From NCBI RefSeq assembly GCF_009914755.1, contig NC_060934.1: DNA of 64,000 bases; one strand, given 5' to 3'. Under the pieces are notes generated by a model. The model ran no database searches. It had not been told where the DNA came from and saw only the letters and a list, made by a program, of their open reading frames with translations. Both the position numbers and the translations under genes were made by a program. This document shows, one piece after another, positions 18,211-32,785 of the stretch. This DNA comes from the human T2T-CHM13v2.0 reference genome, Homo sapiens. The stretch's first letter is position 1, and the number at the start of each line of letters is the position of its first letter.

Positions 18211-19539
18211 GTATAGACAGACTAGGCCTACATTTGCTTTTATTAGTATCCTTATTTTCATTAGGAATATATTCGAATAAAATGTTTTTTCTATTTTTTT
18301 CCTTTCATGCAAGGGCTGATAGTAAATATAGTAAATAAACCCTCAGCTCTCCCAAATATTCAGTGAGGGCAGATCTTAGTTATATATGGGATTGTGAAAT
18401 ATATTGTTATTAAGAATAAAAGTAATTACATGAAATGTCACTGGTGGTCTGTAGGGACAAAAATTTGCTTGAATTCCTATCCCAGATACCAAGCTAGATA
18501 TACTCTGATGGATTAAATTTACTAGGGAAAAATAGACTCCTTGAACTTGAAGCTTAAAAAAAGTAATGGGGTTCTCACAGTCCTCTACTGGTCCCAGTAT
18601 GCCCCTGATATGAGTTGGTGAGATTCCACAGAAAGATCAAGGAAGAGTTGCAGATTTTGTGAAACCTCTATTCCTGCCAACATTTCTCTATTATCTGTTT
18701 CGTTATTCAGAGTAATCTAGTCTCTTGCTCATGTGTTTGTATTTACACAGACACACACACACACTGAATCTATTGCTAAGTTCAAAGCAATTTGGCACCT
18801 CATTCAAAGAAGGTACTGTGTTCTCTTTAAATTTCATGCTACACAAGCATTCTGTTTTCAATTTGCATGTCACAAGCAGCAGGAGAGGGACTTTTCTCAT
18901 TTTTCCTGTTGATCTTTGGTATATTCATTTTCAGGAAAATACACACAGGAGTGAAATCTTAAGACAGATACTACTTATTTTACATTTTGACTGCTTCATC
19001 CAAAAGAAAAAGTTTGATCTTGAATTTATAAAATCAATGGAACAATAATCTAACTTGTATGATCTAAAGTTACAGTCAACAAACTAATGGAAAAAGACAA
19101 TGATAGAACAAAAGCAAAATAAACTGAGTAAATTTAAGGACAGAGCAAGTAATTCAGTTCCAATTCAAGAACAGGATATGCTACTTGTGTTACTCTCTTG
19201 GCTTTACTATTTGCAGATTTCAGATTTCACCATGAAGGGAGCAAATGATATTTTATGTACCTTAGTGTCATTATTAATTGAATTATATAATTTGATGAAG
19301 ACTTTAAAACAACATTGTCTAGTAATATCCACCAAATTCATTCATGGTAATTACTCAACATCATTGCTTTCATCAATACAATTTACTCTAGAGACCATAG
19401 CTACCTCAATCTGTACTTTTAAAAAAAACAATTTCTTATTATTTTATTTTATTCTAACTGGTCTATCAACAACAGCAGACTTGAACATAAATGGCATTTG
19501 GTCAGAGACCAGAAGCCCATACTTAGTCTTAAGAAGTTT

Positions 19540-19858
<319 letters not shown>

Positions 19859-20224
19859 CTAGGGGCTTTAGGAAAAAGGCAGAATATGAAATAAATTGTC
19901 AGTAGAAGGCTGCTCCAAAGATGAAGTATATAATTTTAAGATTGCTTTTGTTGATTGAAAATATTATTGTACTTTATTTTATAGTTTTATGTAAATACAT
20001 TGTCAAAACATGTTAATCTTTGTATTCATACATAATTCTCTTACATATAATTCATACCACATGAGTTAGAAACTGTTTAGGTTTTCCTTCCATTGTGGGT
20101 TACAACTCTTCTTTTCTTGTCTAAGCTTCCAGCAAGCAACCATGATTCAATTTGAGGAATTTAAGATGAACAGAACAATTCTTGGTCCAAGGTGTAATAT
20201 TACCACTGACATCAAAAGAGGCCA

Positions 20225-20410
20225 TATAATGTTGTGGTTAAGAACATAGCCTTTGAGACAGACTGCCTAGGTTAAATACTAGTCACATTTAACACCTTGC
20301 TCACTCTTAGGACCTTTGAAAGTTAATTAAATTTTCTGTAGCTCAGTTGCATTATTTGTAAAATAGATGTTGTTTTAGAGTAGTGTCTGGCATATGGAAA
20401 TGCTTTCTAT
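20225..20410 (+). mobile_element. MIR
   Basis: gtggttaagaacatagcctttgagacagactgcctagg core. Confidence 0.7.
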
Positions 20411-21054
20411 GTTATTGTGAGGTAAATTTTTATTCTAACCAAGTGAGCAAATCACTTAAAATATGTCTGTTTTTTAAAAAGCAATGACTGTCATTTTTTT
20501 TTTTAATATTTCAGTAGAAGTTTCTTCCATTTTTAACATTCAAAGGAAAACCACATTTTATTAGTAGATCAAATAAGGAATGGGGCATATGTTAACTTTT
20601 TAAAAAATAATTTCAAATTTTCTTTTATATTTAGGAGGTATACAATATGCAGGTTGTTATCTGGGTATACTGTAAGGTTTGGGATATGATTGATTCCATC
20701 ATCAGGTAATGAGCACAGCACTCAATAGTTGTTTTTTAAATACTTGTCCCTCTTCCACCCTCTCCCCTTTTCTAGATGTCCAGTGTCTATTACTGACATC
20801 CTTATGCCCATGGCTATGCAATGTTTAGCTGCTACATATAAGTGAGAACATGAATTATTTGGTTTTTCTGTTCCTGTGTTAACTTGCTTAGGATAACAGC
20901 CTATAACTGCATCCGTGTGGCTGCAAACAACATGATTTCATTCTATTTTTATGGCTGCATAGAATTCTATGGTGCATGTGCAGCACGTTTCCTTTATCCA
21001 ATTCACTGTTGACGGGCACTTACATTGAATCCATGTCTTTGTTATTGTGAATAG

Positions 21055-21408
<354 letters not shown>

Positions 21409-22672
21409 GCAATTTGTTTTCTTTTAGATATATAACCAGTAATAGGATTGTGAGTCTAATAGAAGAGCTGGTATCAAGTCTGAAACTACTCTAAAATATC
21501 AAGGAGGAGAGTCTGCTCCCTAACTCATTCTACAATACCAGCATCACCCTGATACCAAAACCTGTCGAAGACACAAGGAACAAAGAAAACTATAGGTCAA
21601 TATTCCTGATGAACATAGATGCAAAAATCTTCAACAAAATACTTCCAAGGCAAATAAAGCTGCACATAAAAAACTTAATCTACCATTATCAAGTAGGCTT
21701 CATTCCTAGGATGCAAGATTGGTTCAATGTATGCAATTCAATAATTGTGATTTATCACATGGACAAAATTAAAACCAAAAACCATAAGGTTTTTGAGAAT
21801 CTCCAAATTTCCACATTGGCTGAACTAATTTACATTCCCACCAAGAGTATACAAGCATTCCCTTCTCTGTGCAGCATTACCAGCATCTTTTGTTTTTTGA
21901 CTTCTTAATAATAGCATTTTGACTGGTGTGAGGTAGTATCTCATTGTGGTTTTGATTTGCGTTTCTCTGATGATTAGTGATGTTGAGCATTTTTTCATGT
22001 TTGTTGTCTGCTTGTATGTCTGTTTTTGAGAGAAGTCTGTTCATGTCTTTTGCCAATTTTTCAATGTGGTTATTTGGTTTATGTTTGTTAAATTATTTAA
22101 GTTTCTTATAGATTCTGGAGATTAGACCTTTGCGGGTGCATAGTTTGAAAATACTTTCTACCATTGTGTAGGTTGTATTTTTACTCTGTTAATAGTCTTT
22201 TCTGTCGGGCAGAAGCTCTTTAGTTTATGTAGGTCCCACTTGTCAATTTTTGGTTTTGTTGCAATTGCTTTTGAGGACTTGCCATAAATTCTTTGTAAAT
22301 GCAAACATCAAGGATAGTGTTTCCTAGGCTTCCTTTTAAGATTCTTACAGCTTGAGGTCTTACACTTAAACTTTTAATGCATGTTGAGTTAATTTTTGTA
22401 GATAGTGAAAGTAAGGGTCCAGTTTAATTCTGTATGTGGCTAGCCAGTTAACTCAGCACCATTTGTTGAATAGGGGGTACTTTCCCCATTCCTTATTTTT
22501 GTCAATTTTGTCAAAAATCAGATGATTGTAGGTATGTGGCTTTCTTTTTGGATTCTCTTTTCTGTTTCATTGGTCTATGTGTCTATTTTGTACCAATAAC
22601 ATGTTTTGTTACCAGTACTATAGCCTTAGAGTATAGTTTGAAAAAAAGCTATGTTGTTTTTGCTTAGGATTG

Positions 22673-22999
22673 TGCTTTGGTTTGAACTTGTGTCCCCATC
22701 CAAATCTCATGTCAAATTCTAACCTCCAATGTTGGAGGAGGGGCTGGTGGGATAAAACTGGATCATGGGTGTAGGATTTGCCCTTGCTGTTCTTGTGATA
22801 GTGAGTGAATTCACACAAGATCTGGTTGTTTTGAAGTATGTAGTACCTTCCCCTTCATTCTCTTCCTCCTACTTTGGCCATGTCCCCAGCCATGCTTCCT
22901 GTACAGCCTGTGGAACCAAGGGCCAATTAAACCTCTTTTCTTTATAAATTACCCAGTCTCAGGTAGTTCTTTATAATGATGCAACAATGAACTACTACA
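22673..22999 (+). mobile_element. MSTA-type MaLR solo LTR (internally deleted) inserted in L1
   Basis: TG..TGGTTTG start, ccaattaaacctcttttctttataaattacccagtctcagg block, ...TACA end, 5-bp TSD GATTG (22668-72 and 23000-04). Confidence 0.88.
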
Positions 23000-25900
23000 G
23001 ATTGCTTTGTCTATTTGGGTTCTTTTTGGTTCCATATGAATTTCAGAATTTTTTCTAATTCTGTGTAAAATGGCATTGAAAGTTCAGTAGCAATAGCATT
23101 GAATCTCTTGATTGCTTTAGAGATTATGGCAATTTTAACAATATTGATTCTTCCAGTCAATGAGTATGAAATGCTTTTTCCATTTGTTTATGTTATCTAT
23201 GATTTCTTTCAGCAGTGTGCAGTTCTCCTTACAGAGGTCTTTCAGCTTCTTGGTTAGACGTACTATCTAAAAGCCCTACTTAAAAGGCACAGAGTGATGG
23301 GTTGGATAAAGTAACACCCATTCATCTGGTATCTTCAAGAGACGCTTCTCACATGTAATGATCCCCATAGGCTCAAAGTAAAGGGCTGGAGAAAGATCTA
23401 TCATGCAAACAGAATACCAAATGGAACAAGGGTCACTATTGTTATATCAAATAAAACAGCTTTTAAACCAACAACAATAAAAAAGAACAAAGAAGGGCAT
23501 TACATAATGATAAAGGGTTCAATTCAAAGACAAGACTTAGTTATGCTAACTATATACATATGCAATATTAGAGCATCCAAATTCATGAAACAAGGACTTC
23601 TAAACCTACAAAAAGACTGACATAGCACACAATGATAGTGGGGGTCTTCAACACCCCACTGACAACATTAGACAAATCATTGAGTCAGAAAACTTCCGCA
23701 GAAATTCTGGAATTAAATTTGACACTTGACAAATTGAGCATAATTGATGTTTACAGGACACTCCATATATCAACCACAGAATATACATTCCTCTCATCTG
23801 CACACAGAATATACTCTAAGATCAACCACATGGTTAGCCATAAAGCAAGTTGGAAAAAATCCAAAAGAAGGTCTTTCCATAAAACAAGTCTCAAAGAAAT
23901 CAAAGTTATACCAATCACATACCAACCACAGTGGAATTAAAATAGAAATCTATAACAAGAATATCTCTCAAAAACACACAAATATATAGAAATTAAGCAA
24001 CTTTGCTCCTGAATGAGTTTTGGATTGTAAGGCAGAAATTTTAAAAAATTCTTTTAAATAAATGAAGAAAGACATGCAAAATACCAACATCTCTGGGATG
24101 TGGGAAGAGATATGTTAAGAGGAAAGTGTATGGTGCTAAATGCCTACCTTAAAAAGTTAGAAAAATCTCTGATTAACGATCTAACACCACATCTAGAGTA
24201 ACTAGAAAAACAAGAACAAACTAACTCAAAAGCTACCTGAAGAAAATAAATAACTAAAATCAGGGCAGGACTAAATAAAATTGAGGCATAAAAATCCATA
24301 AAAGCATCAGCAAAACCAAAAGTTGGTTGTTTGAAAGGACGAATAAGATCTATAGACCACTGACTATATGACTATATAAACAAAGAACAAAACAGAGAAG
24401 ATCCAGATAAGCACAACATAAATGACAAAGATGACATTACAACTGGTCCAACAGAAACACAAAAAAATCCTCAGAGACTATTATCAACACCTGTGTTCAC
24501 ACAAACTAGAAAATATACAGGAAATGGATATATTCCTGGAAACACACAATCTCCCAAAATTTAATCAGGAAGAAATTAAAACCCTGAACAGACCAACATT
24601 GAGTTCCATATTGACTCAGTAATAAGAAACCTACCAACGAACAAAAGCCCCACACCAGATGAACTCACAGCCGAATTCTACCAGATGTACAAAGAAGAGC
24701 TGGTACCAAATCTACTAAAACTATTCCAAAATATCAAGGAGGAGAGACTCCTCCCTAACTCATTCTACAATGCCAGCATTACCCTGATACCAAAACCTGT
24801 TAAAGACACAAGGAACAAAGAAAACTATAGGTCAATATTCCTGATGAACATAGATGCAAAAATCTTCAACAAAATACTTTCAAACCAAATAAAGCTGCAC
24901 ATAAAAAACTTAATCTACCATTATCAAGTAGGCTTCATTCCTAGGATGCAAGATTGGTTCAATATATGCAATTCAATAAATGTGATTCATCACATAAACA
25001 AAATTAAAACCAAAAACTATACGATAATCCCAGTAGATGCAGAAAAAGCTTTCAATAAAATCCAACATCTCTTCATGATAAAAATCCTCAACAAACTCTG
25101 TATCAAGGGAACATATCTCAAAATAATAGGAGCCATATATGACACAATACAGCTAACATTAAACTAAATGTCGCAAAAGCTGGAACCATTCCCCTTAAGC
25201 ACTGGAACAAGACAAGGATACCATTCTCCATTCTCACCACTTCTATTTGACATAGTACTAGAAGTCCTAACTACAGCATTCAGGCAAGAGAAAGAAAGAA
25301 AATGTACCCAAACATGAAACTAAAGAAGTCAAACTATCTCTTCTATAACCAGGAAACCTCGATGACATCACCAAAAAGCTCCTGAAACTGATAAATGGCT
25401 TCAGTATAGTTTGAGGATACAAATTCAATCTATAAAAATATATTAACATTTTTGATGTGCATTTAACATACTAAAATCATGACTTAATATATTTCAGTAT
25501 ATAACCACCGATTGTTTAAATTACATAGTGATAATGGAACTATACTTTCTTTTTAAAAATTATCTGAGGAATGTTTATAAATAAACTAAAAATAAACAAC
25601 TCTTTTTTGATACATACAGTAGACAGTATACAGCTTCTAAAAGCTCTTTACATGGTGAAATAAGATCTGTTATTCCAAAATCTTTCCAAAAGAACTTTTC
25701 TGTTATTAGCTTGTTTTTCAACATTATCCAACTTGTCTCTGTGTTTTGTAATTGAAATATAAAGGAGAAAGGAAAAGGATAATATTTGTGTCCATGTGGA
25801 AAACAAAATTATTCATCAAACACTTTATGAAAAGCAGCTTTTATTTCCATCTTGTTTCTGAAAGCTAATTTGTTATTTTTTCTAATTATTCTTAATGAGG

Positions 25901-26807
25901 AGGCTCAGAGGAAATTCTTAATCATGATTCTTACTAAGACACTCAACAAGGTCAAAAGATAAAAGCTGCAGAATCAATGTCACTGTTTAAAATTACACTC
26001 TTCCAACAGAGAGATTCTTAATAAGTCTTTGTTTGCAGAGTACTTTGACTACTAAATAAAATTCTTTGCCACAAGACAGTTATGTGTACTTAAGCTGCAT
26101 TAAAAAAAGCAAACTGTATGGATTAATTTTTGAAACAAAAATTATAAGCATTTAATTACTTATTAAAGAACATATCCATGTAAATATGTCCTTAGCTGTC
26201 CAGTTGTGACAGATGTTAGCATGAAATAGATGTGCCACATTTACAAGGTACGGGATGTTGAAGCAATTTTCCTACTTAAGTGAAGTAATATAGGCTTATA
26301 TTTCTGGAACTTCAGAAGACTGTGCTAATATTTACCTTTCTGTTTCATCATCTAGGATATAACTATTTTTCACTTATGTGTGAAGCAGGAAAGTTGTTAG
26401 ACATAGCAGGAAAAAGTACTTCGTATCACTGGCTGGCAGAGAAAGTTTATATATTTGAGTTTATACAGGTAACTGGAAATTTAGAAGTATTTTTCATTGC
26501 CTTATTTTCTTATTCCTTGTCATGAAGAGTGTTTGGACTGAGGTTCTACTATGAAAGGTGAATATCCAAGGGTGGAATGAGTAGGGACTGTGGCTGAGAG
26601 TTATGAAAGAAGATGATTCTGAAAAAAATAACAGAAAGCATAAAGCAAATATTTCCTACTTTTTCCATACATCACATCTTGCTTTCTCAGAAATTTCTCT
26701 GCTACAAACCCACCTGATAACACCTTCCTTAGAGCCATAGAGCCAAAGTCATTACAGAGGAATGTTTCATATAGAACAGGAAGTTCCAAATGAACCTATG
26801 TTCTTTT

Positions 26808-27636
26808 TGATACGGGAGTACTGGGAAGGGAAGAGCGTGGTCCCTTTAAATGACATGGAAGGGGGAAAGGGAAGTGCTGAGTGGAGAAGGGCGTGGTCCC
26901 TGGCTAGGGCTCCATAGGTGAAGACTGGCGCTCCTGCTTTTGTGCCCAAATGTTGCATTTTCCAAGACCACCCTGGCCTGCCATGCCCCCATCCTGGGCC
27001 TATAAAAAGCCAAGACCCTAGCAGGCAGATACAAATACAGGTGGATGTGGTGAGGAACACATTGGCAGAAGACATAAGCGGCTCCTAGACTCCAAAAGGA
27101 TGTCGAGGGAGCACACCAGCGGAAGAGCACACCGACAGACACTGGCACGCGTGCAGGCCACCCACTGGTGGAAGGAGGCGGAGTTTGGTCCGGGGAAGTT
27201 GGAGGAGAGCCGTGGCCCCCCAAAACTCCGAATGGCCCACTCCAAGGGAAAACCATCTCCCTTCTGGCTCCCCCATTGGCTGAGAGCTACTTCCACTCAA
27301 TAAAACTTTGCAGTTGTTCTCCAAGCCCACGTGTGATCCGATTCTTCCAGTACACCAAGGCAAGAAACCCCGGGATACAGAAATCCCTCTGTCCTTGTGA
27401 TAAGGAAGGGGGTCTAATTAAGCTGGTTAACACAAATCGCCTATAGATGGCAAACTAAAACACATGCCCTGTAACACATGCCTACTGGGCCTTCATCCCT
27501 AGACACTGGGGTCAGAGCCCCACATCCTGCCCATTTGCATGCTCCCCTAGAGGTTTGAGCAGCGGGGCACTGAAGAAGCGATCCACACCCCCAACGCATG
27601 CCCTGCGAGGAGGACAAGGGAACCTTTCCCATTTCG
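26808..27636 (+). mobile_element. ERV1 solo LTR (LTR1-family-like)
   Basis: TGATACGG start, duplicated gggcgtggtccc boxes, TATAAAA at 27001, AATAAA at 27299, ...CCCATTTCG end, 4-bp TSD TTTT. Confidence 0.8.
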
Positions 27637-27719
27637 TTTTCATTGTTTCACAATAAAGAAGTGACAAGTGATGGATGTCTACCTATGTCAACTGTTTTTA
27701 AAAATAATATTTCATGTAA

Positions 27720-28181
27720 TGAACTGGCCTATGAAATTTGATCATATGATTTGGATCATTCTTGTCACACCCAATTAAAAGAAAGTTGACTAGCCAGGGG
27801 AAAAAAAATCAGGACATGTAGCATCGCTCTAGAAACGTAATTTTCTGCAAGTCTGGCTGTTGAAACTGCCTATTCTAACCCGAGACAGTTTTATTTATAA
27901 CTGCTGAGACAACTTGCAACTCCAGGGCTAATTTTCCCCACCGCTGTTGCTCACCAAACAGAGATTGCCAGCTCCCCAGAAACTTACTAGTCCCAATGCA
28001 CTTTCTCTAAGAGCAATACATAACATTTCTCATTTTTATAAAATCACCAACCTTCTCTTTGTTCTTCAGACGTACCGAAGAACACCTGACCCGTGTGTAT
28101 GCTCCAAATTGTGATTCTTTATTCTCAAAGAAAACATTGAATTTAGAGATCCATCTCCACATTTCTATTTTGACTTCAACA
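27720..28181 (+). mobile_element. ERV1 solo LTR (MER34-group-like)
   Basis: LTR-like composition ending ...ttttgacttcaaca; family assignment from memory. Confidence 0.55.
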
Positions 28182-29647
28182 ATCCCATTCTGCATCATAA
28201 ACCTTGAGAGAATAATATCCAAACCAAGTCAGATCAGTAATTTGATCTGACATTTCTTGGGGTGAAAGAAAACTTTTGTTGGCAAGTTTAGCAAAAGGGA
28301 CTTTGGCCACATGCTGAAGTATGCATATGTACAAATGAATTACTTCAAGGAAAATGAGCTAGGATAACAGTTTTTATATTGGCCATAAGGATAAAAACAC
28401 ATTATTGATTAACTGCATTTTTTGGAGCTTGGAAGTTTTCTTAAGAATTCTCTAAAACTGAATATAATAAAGTGCTAAGACAAGTATTTTACCACCCTTG
28501 ACATTTAGAAATGAAGTTTTTGACAGTTTGTTATCCACATGTATAACATATGATGTGGAAAGTTTTATGTCCTGCTGAGCTTAGTTCTCATAGGCTCAAT
28601 TTTAGACAATTTCTGTACAGACGCCTGCAATTTTGAATATCTGCTGCTATTTATGAGGCCTTCCCAAGGGTGGTACTCCATATTTAATTTAATTGTGTTT
28701 GCATATATCATACATTTTGCCAACAGTAAGCTCTAAGAGCACTTTATAGTTGATAACAACTTCCTTCATTGCTTTCCAAGCTATATGATTTCTTACTATA
28801 AAACCAGCCTTCCACCTTCAGTATTGTTAGTTCTAACGGCATACACGCAATGGTTTTCTCTACTATGTTCAAAAAGAGGGTAAAACTACTAAGAGTGGAA
28901 ATTAATCTGTTAAAAATTTCTGTTACATTAACAGCATTTTATTATATCTCTCCTCAAATTAATTTACTTGAGTACAGTGCTAGAATTGTTATTCTGTTGT
29001 TAGACTTTATGCCATAAATTTTGGTAATATGTCTATCATCGGGAGGTTGGGATTTTCAAAATTTTTCAATTATCATAATCAGAGACAAGACCTAGGAAAT
29101 GAGATCAATTTAGTCCCTCTAATCACAAATGTCTGTACTCTAAAGTTCATGAACTTGACACTAAGGGAAAGCCCCAGAATGGATTAGAAAATGCTAATAA
29201 AAGTGGAGAATGTGTGGGAAAAAAAGACACCTGGCTAAAGGAAGGCATGTTTCCAATTTTAGAGCAAGGACAGAGAAATTTTTACAGTAGATATAAGAAT
29301 TCACAAAGCATAGCTGTCTGGAGCAAATAATGTCTTTCTCTACTAAAATAGCTTCAATACTACTTTGTTGCAGATTGTACTAATTAACAGTTATGTTAAT
29401 GATGGTAACTCATCATCACAATTTTTATTTTATGCAAACTCTTTAAATAATAGAAAAGTATGCAATGTATTTTAGAAAGATTTGTATCCATGGAACTTAT
29501 AACCAAAACAAATGTTAATTAAAATAAAGTAATATTTTTCTTCTGTCAAATTGTCAAAATTTTATTAAAAATAATAGCCACTATTGGTTCAAGTAAGGAA
29601 TTAAAATTATTTTATAATTTTGGTGTAGCTATAAGTTGTCTCTATAT

Positions 29648-29710
29648 AAAGAAAGAAAGGAGAGAAAGCAAGGAAGGAGGGAAGGAAGGAAGGAAGAGAA
29701 AGAAGACAAA
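29648..29710 (+). repeat. Purine-rich (GAAA)/(GGAA)n low-complexity repeat
   Basis: aaagaaagaaagg...gaaggaaggaaggaagagaa. Confidence 0.85.
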
Positions 29711-29889
29711 ATGGAAAGCCAATATACCAAGAACTTTTAAAAACTGTCCTTTGAATGAAAAATTTTACTTTGGGATCTATAGCAATATAGAGATAATTAA
29801 AGAAGTATATATTGCTGCTAAAAGTACTTATAATAGTAAAACATTATATATGTTTATTAAATCATTATGATTTAAACACACTCTGTAAT

Positions 29890-30360
29890 TGTGACAGATA
29901 CTGTATATTGGACCACCCACTCTAACACCTCTTCTTGTATTTTTCTTTTTGTGCACTATTGAGGCAGATAAACTTAAAACTGCACTTGCCAGACTCATTT
30001 GCGGATAGGGTCTACCTTGGAATCTGCGAAGCAGAAGACACTCTCATGACACAAGAACATAAAGGAACAAGTGAGCCAAAGGGAAGTCAGTTAATCACTG
30101 GGCAGGAAGTGTATGGTTCTTTGGGGGCAGCTGTGGTAGAGAAATTAGTGCAACACCAGGTTATGATAGTTGCCATGATGGGGATTGTACCTATGAGGTT
30201 TCCACTAGAAAGTTCAGATTCGTGGTTAGGTATCTATTTGGCTCTCATGATCTTGCCGCTGTGGCATCCAAGCTTAGTTTTCTGATGCTTCTAAGTCACT
30301 AGACCACATTAGTAAATTCATTACAGATGAAAGAGGCTACCTGGATTCTATGAAATTGGA
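29890..30360. mobile_element. ERVL LTR (LTR33/LTR16-like)
   Basis: tgtgacagatactg start and a cacttgccagactcatttgc motif typical of this group; highly diverged. Confidence 0.5.
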
Positions 30361-32150
30361 TGAATGAATAAGCCATTAAAATATATATTCATGTTGTTAA
30401 ATAAATTTTGATGGGATGAGTAATTCTCATGGAAAGTCAAAAAATTATAAAGCAGGTTTTAGAACTGTCTGTACATTCTTAGTTTTGAGTGTGAATATAT
30501 AAAGTCTTTTTAATATTAAAGACTAAATAAATGAAACATTATTATTGTTATTAGTGATTTCTTATTGAATTCCTAAATTGCTTTTAGGAATTTATTATAA
30601 GAAAATAGTGTCCTTTGCATTTTTATAAGAAATAAATGCATTGCATTTATTATAAGAAAACATGACAAACACAATTTGGAAGCAAAAATAAGGAACTTCA
30701 TTTGTTTAGAATACTTATAGTAAATATCACAAAGATTCTAAATAGAATAATAACCTTATCACAATATAACGTAAGAAACACTGTAATGTGAAATCTGTTT
30801 TGTTAAAACACATTTAGATTTAAAATTTCTTAAGCCATTGGATATGCCTTGTTATCAGTGTCACACACTGAAAACTTCTAGAAGTTGTCATTTCATCTGA
30901 TACATGAAGAGCAACAGTTATTCCTTAACACCTCCTTCAACACCGCATGATTCTCCTCAATTCATATTTTGAAATTTGACATATGGCACTGATGGTGATA
31001 TGACAGAGAGAATCTCAATGTGTCAATGACTTCATCATATTCATCTGGGCAACTGAGCTAGAGTCTTCTGCTCCATGAAGTCTGTAATGACATTGTGGGA
31101 AAGCTGTAGGCAGGAGCTTCATATTCAGATCAAAGGCAAATACAAACCAGGGAAGAGCTATCTTCCAGTCAATATTTGTTGGCATTTGCTATATTATAAA
31201 ACTTCAAGCGCTCTCCCATTTTTCTTCCATTCATTGCACGGTGAGATATGTTCCACCATGAACAAAGGAAGTTAATAAGAGTTTTCAAAGATACAATAAA
31301 ATAGATGAAGTTTAATATGACATTTAACCCTATTGCTTCTCAAACAAAATGCTTTATATACATAGCAAGCTGGCTTGCTATCCATCTTCTGTCACTATTC
31401 TCTTTGTTTACTATTATTTTGTTTTACCTTTTCTAAAATGTCAAATATATCAGACACACAATAGAGTATCTGATATATTTGTAGAGCTTAAAAATCAATA
31501 ATACTACAATAAAATGAATATTTATGTCACCACCACCTACAATCAGAAATAAAATCCTGCCACTATCTTATAAATCTTCTGTGTGCACTTTGATAGACTT
31601 TTGCAAGTTTTAGGGCTGTATAAAATAGATTTACACAGCACAAATTCTGCAACTTGGCTATTTCTCTGCATTATTATGTTTTTAGGTTAATCCATACTGA
31701 TGTATATACCTTTAGGGAAATAATGCTGTAAAGTATTCCATTATATAACTGGATCACACTATTTACCTGTTCTTTATTGGAGAGATTACTGTTGCAATAA
31801 TTTTTATTTGTATTATGAACAAAGACCAGATGCATATTCTGGCATATCTCTCTTGGTGCACAATTTGAGGAATATTTTAGGACATACCCTTAGGAACGAA
31901 CAAAAGTGCTGTGTCATGGGTATAGTATATATTTATATTTACTTAGTTAAAATCAAATTATTTTCCAAATTGGCTATGCCATTTTCTCAGTTACCAGCAA
32001 TTTCAGAATTCCTCTTTCTCCCCATCTTCTATAAGATTTGATATGATATTAAACTTTTGTCATTTTGATTGTTGAGACTTGATATTTTATGTTTTTAAAT
32101 TTACATTTTTTTCTGACTACTTGGCAACTTCTCATGTGTTTAATGAAAAC

Positions 32151-32228
32151 ATGCGCCACTGCACTCCAGCCTGGGCGACAGAGCGAGACTCTGTCTCAAA
32201 AAAAAAAAACCAAAAAAACCAAAAAAAA
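32151..32228 (+). mobile_element. 5'-truncated Alu 3' end with A tail
   Basis: gcgccactgcactccagcctgggcgacagagcgagactctgtctc followed by A-rich tail. Confidence 0.9.
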
Positions 32229-32629
32229 CCCATATATATATATGTTTTATATATATATTTATATATTTACATTTTATATTTATATTTTATATGTATATAC
32301 TTATATATTTTATACATATATAAAATACTCACATGTTTTTTAATGTGGCTTATTTAAGGAAACTTTACTGATCATAGAGACATAAAAATATTTTTCTTAA
32401 GTTTCCTTTAACAGTTTTAGATTTTTGTCTTTCATATATGTCATCCATATATGTGAAATTATCTATTGTAATTATTTATTAAGTGTTGAAGAACCATTTT
32501 AATTTTCCACATGAGAAATAAAGTATTTGAAAAACTAAGGAAAGTTAATTATATCCATTTTCACCTCTAAATATCACCTATTTATACTTCTATTTTCCAT
32601 GGTATATTATGGATCCATTTCTGTACCTT

Positions 32630-32785
32630 TATATATATATGTATATGTGCCTTATATAAATTATTATATAATATATATTATTGTATATATTTATATTATA
32701 TATTTAATATATAGTATATATTATATATAAATATATAATACCTTATATAAATATATATACATATGTTTGTTTCACATATATATAC
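32630..32785. repeat. (TA)n-rich low-complexity tract (similar tract at 32232-32322)
   Basis: Nearly pure A/T alternating sequence. Confidence 0.9.

Noticed and set aside
26767-27632. Cluster of overlapping ORFs on both strands
   Set aside because: Explained by the GC-rich solo LTR, where stop codons are scarce; no protein similarity recognised.
30930-31270. Higher-complexity segment that might be a conserved element or exon
   Set aside because: No paired splice sites or recognisable peptide; probably an ancient repeat relic I cannot assign without a database.
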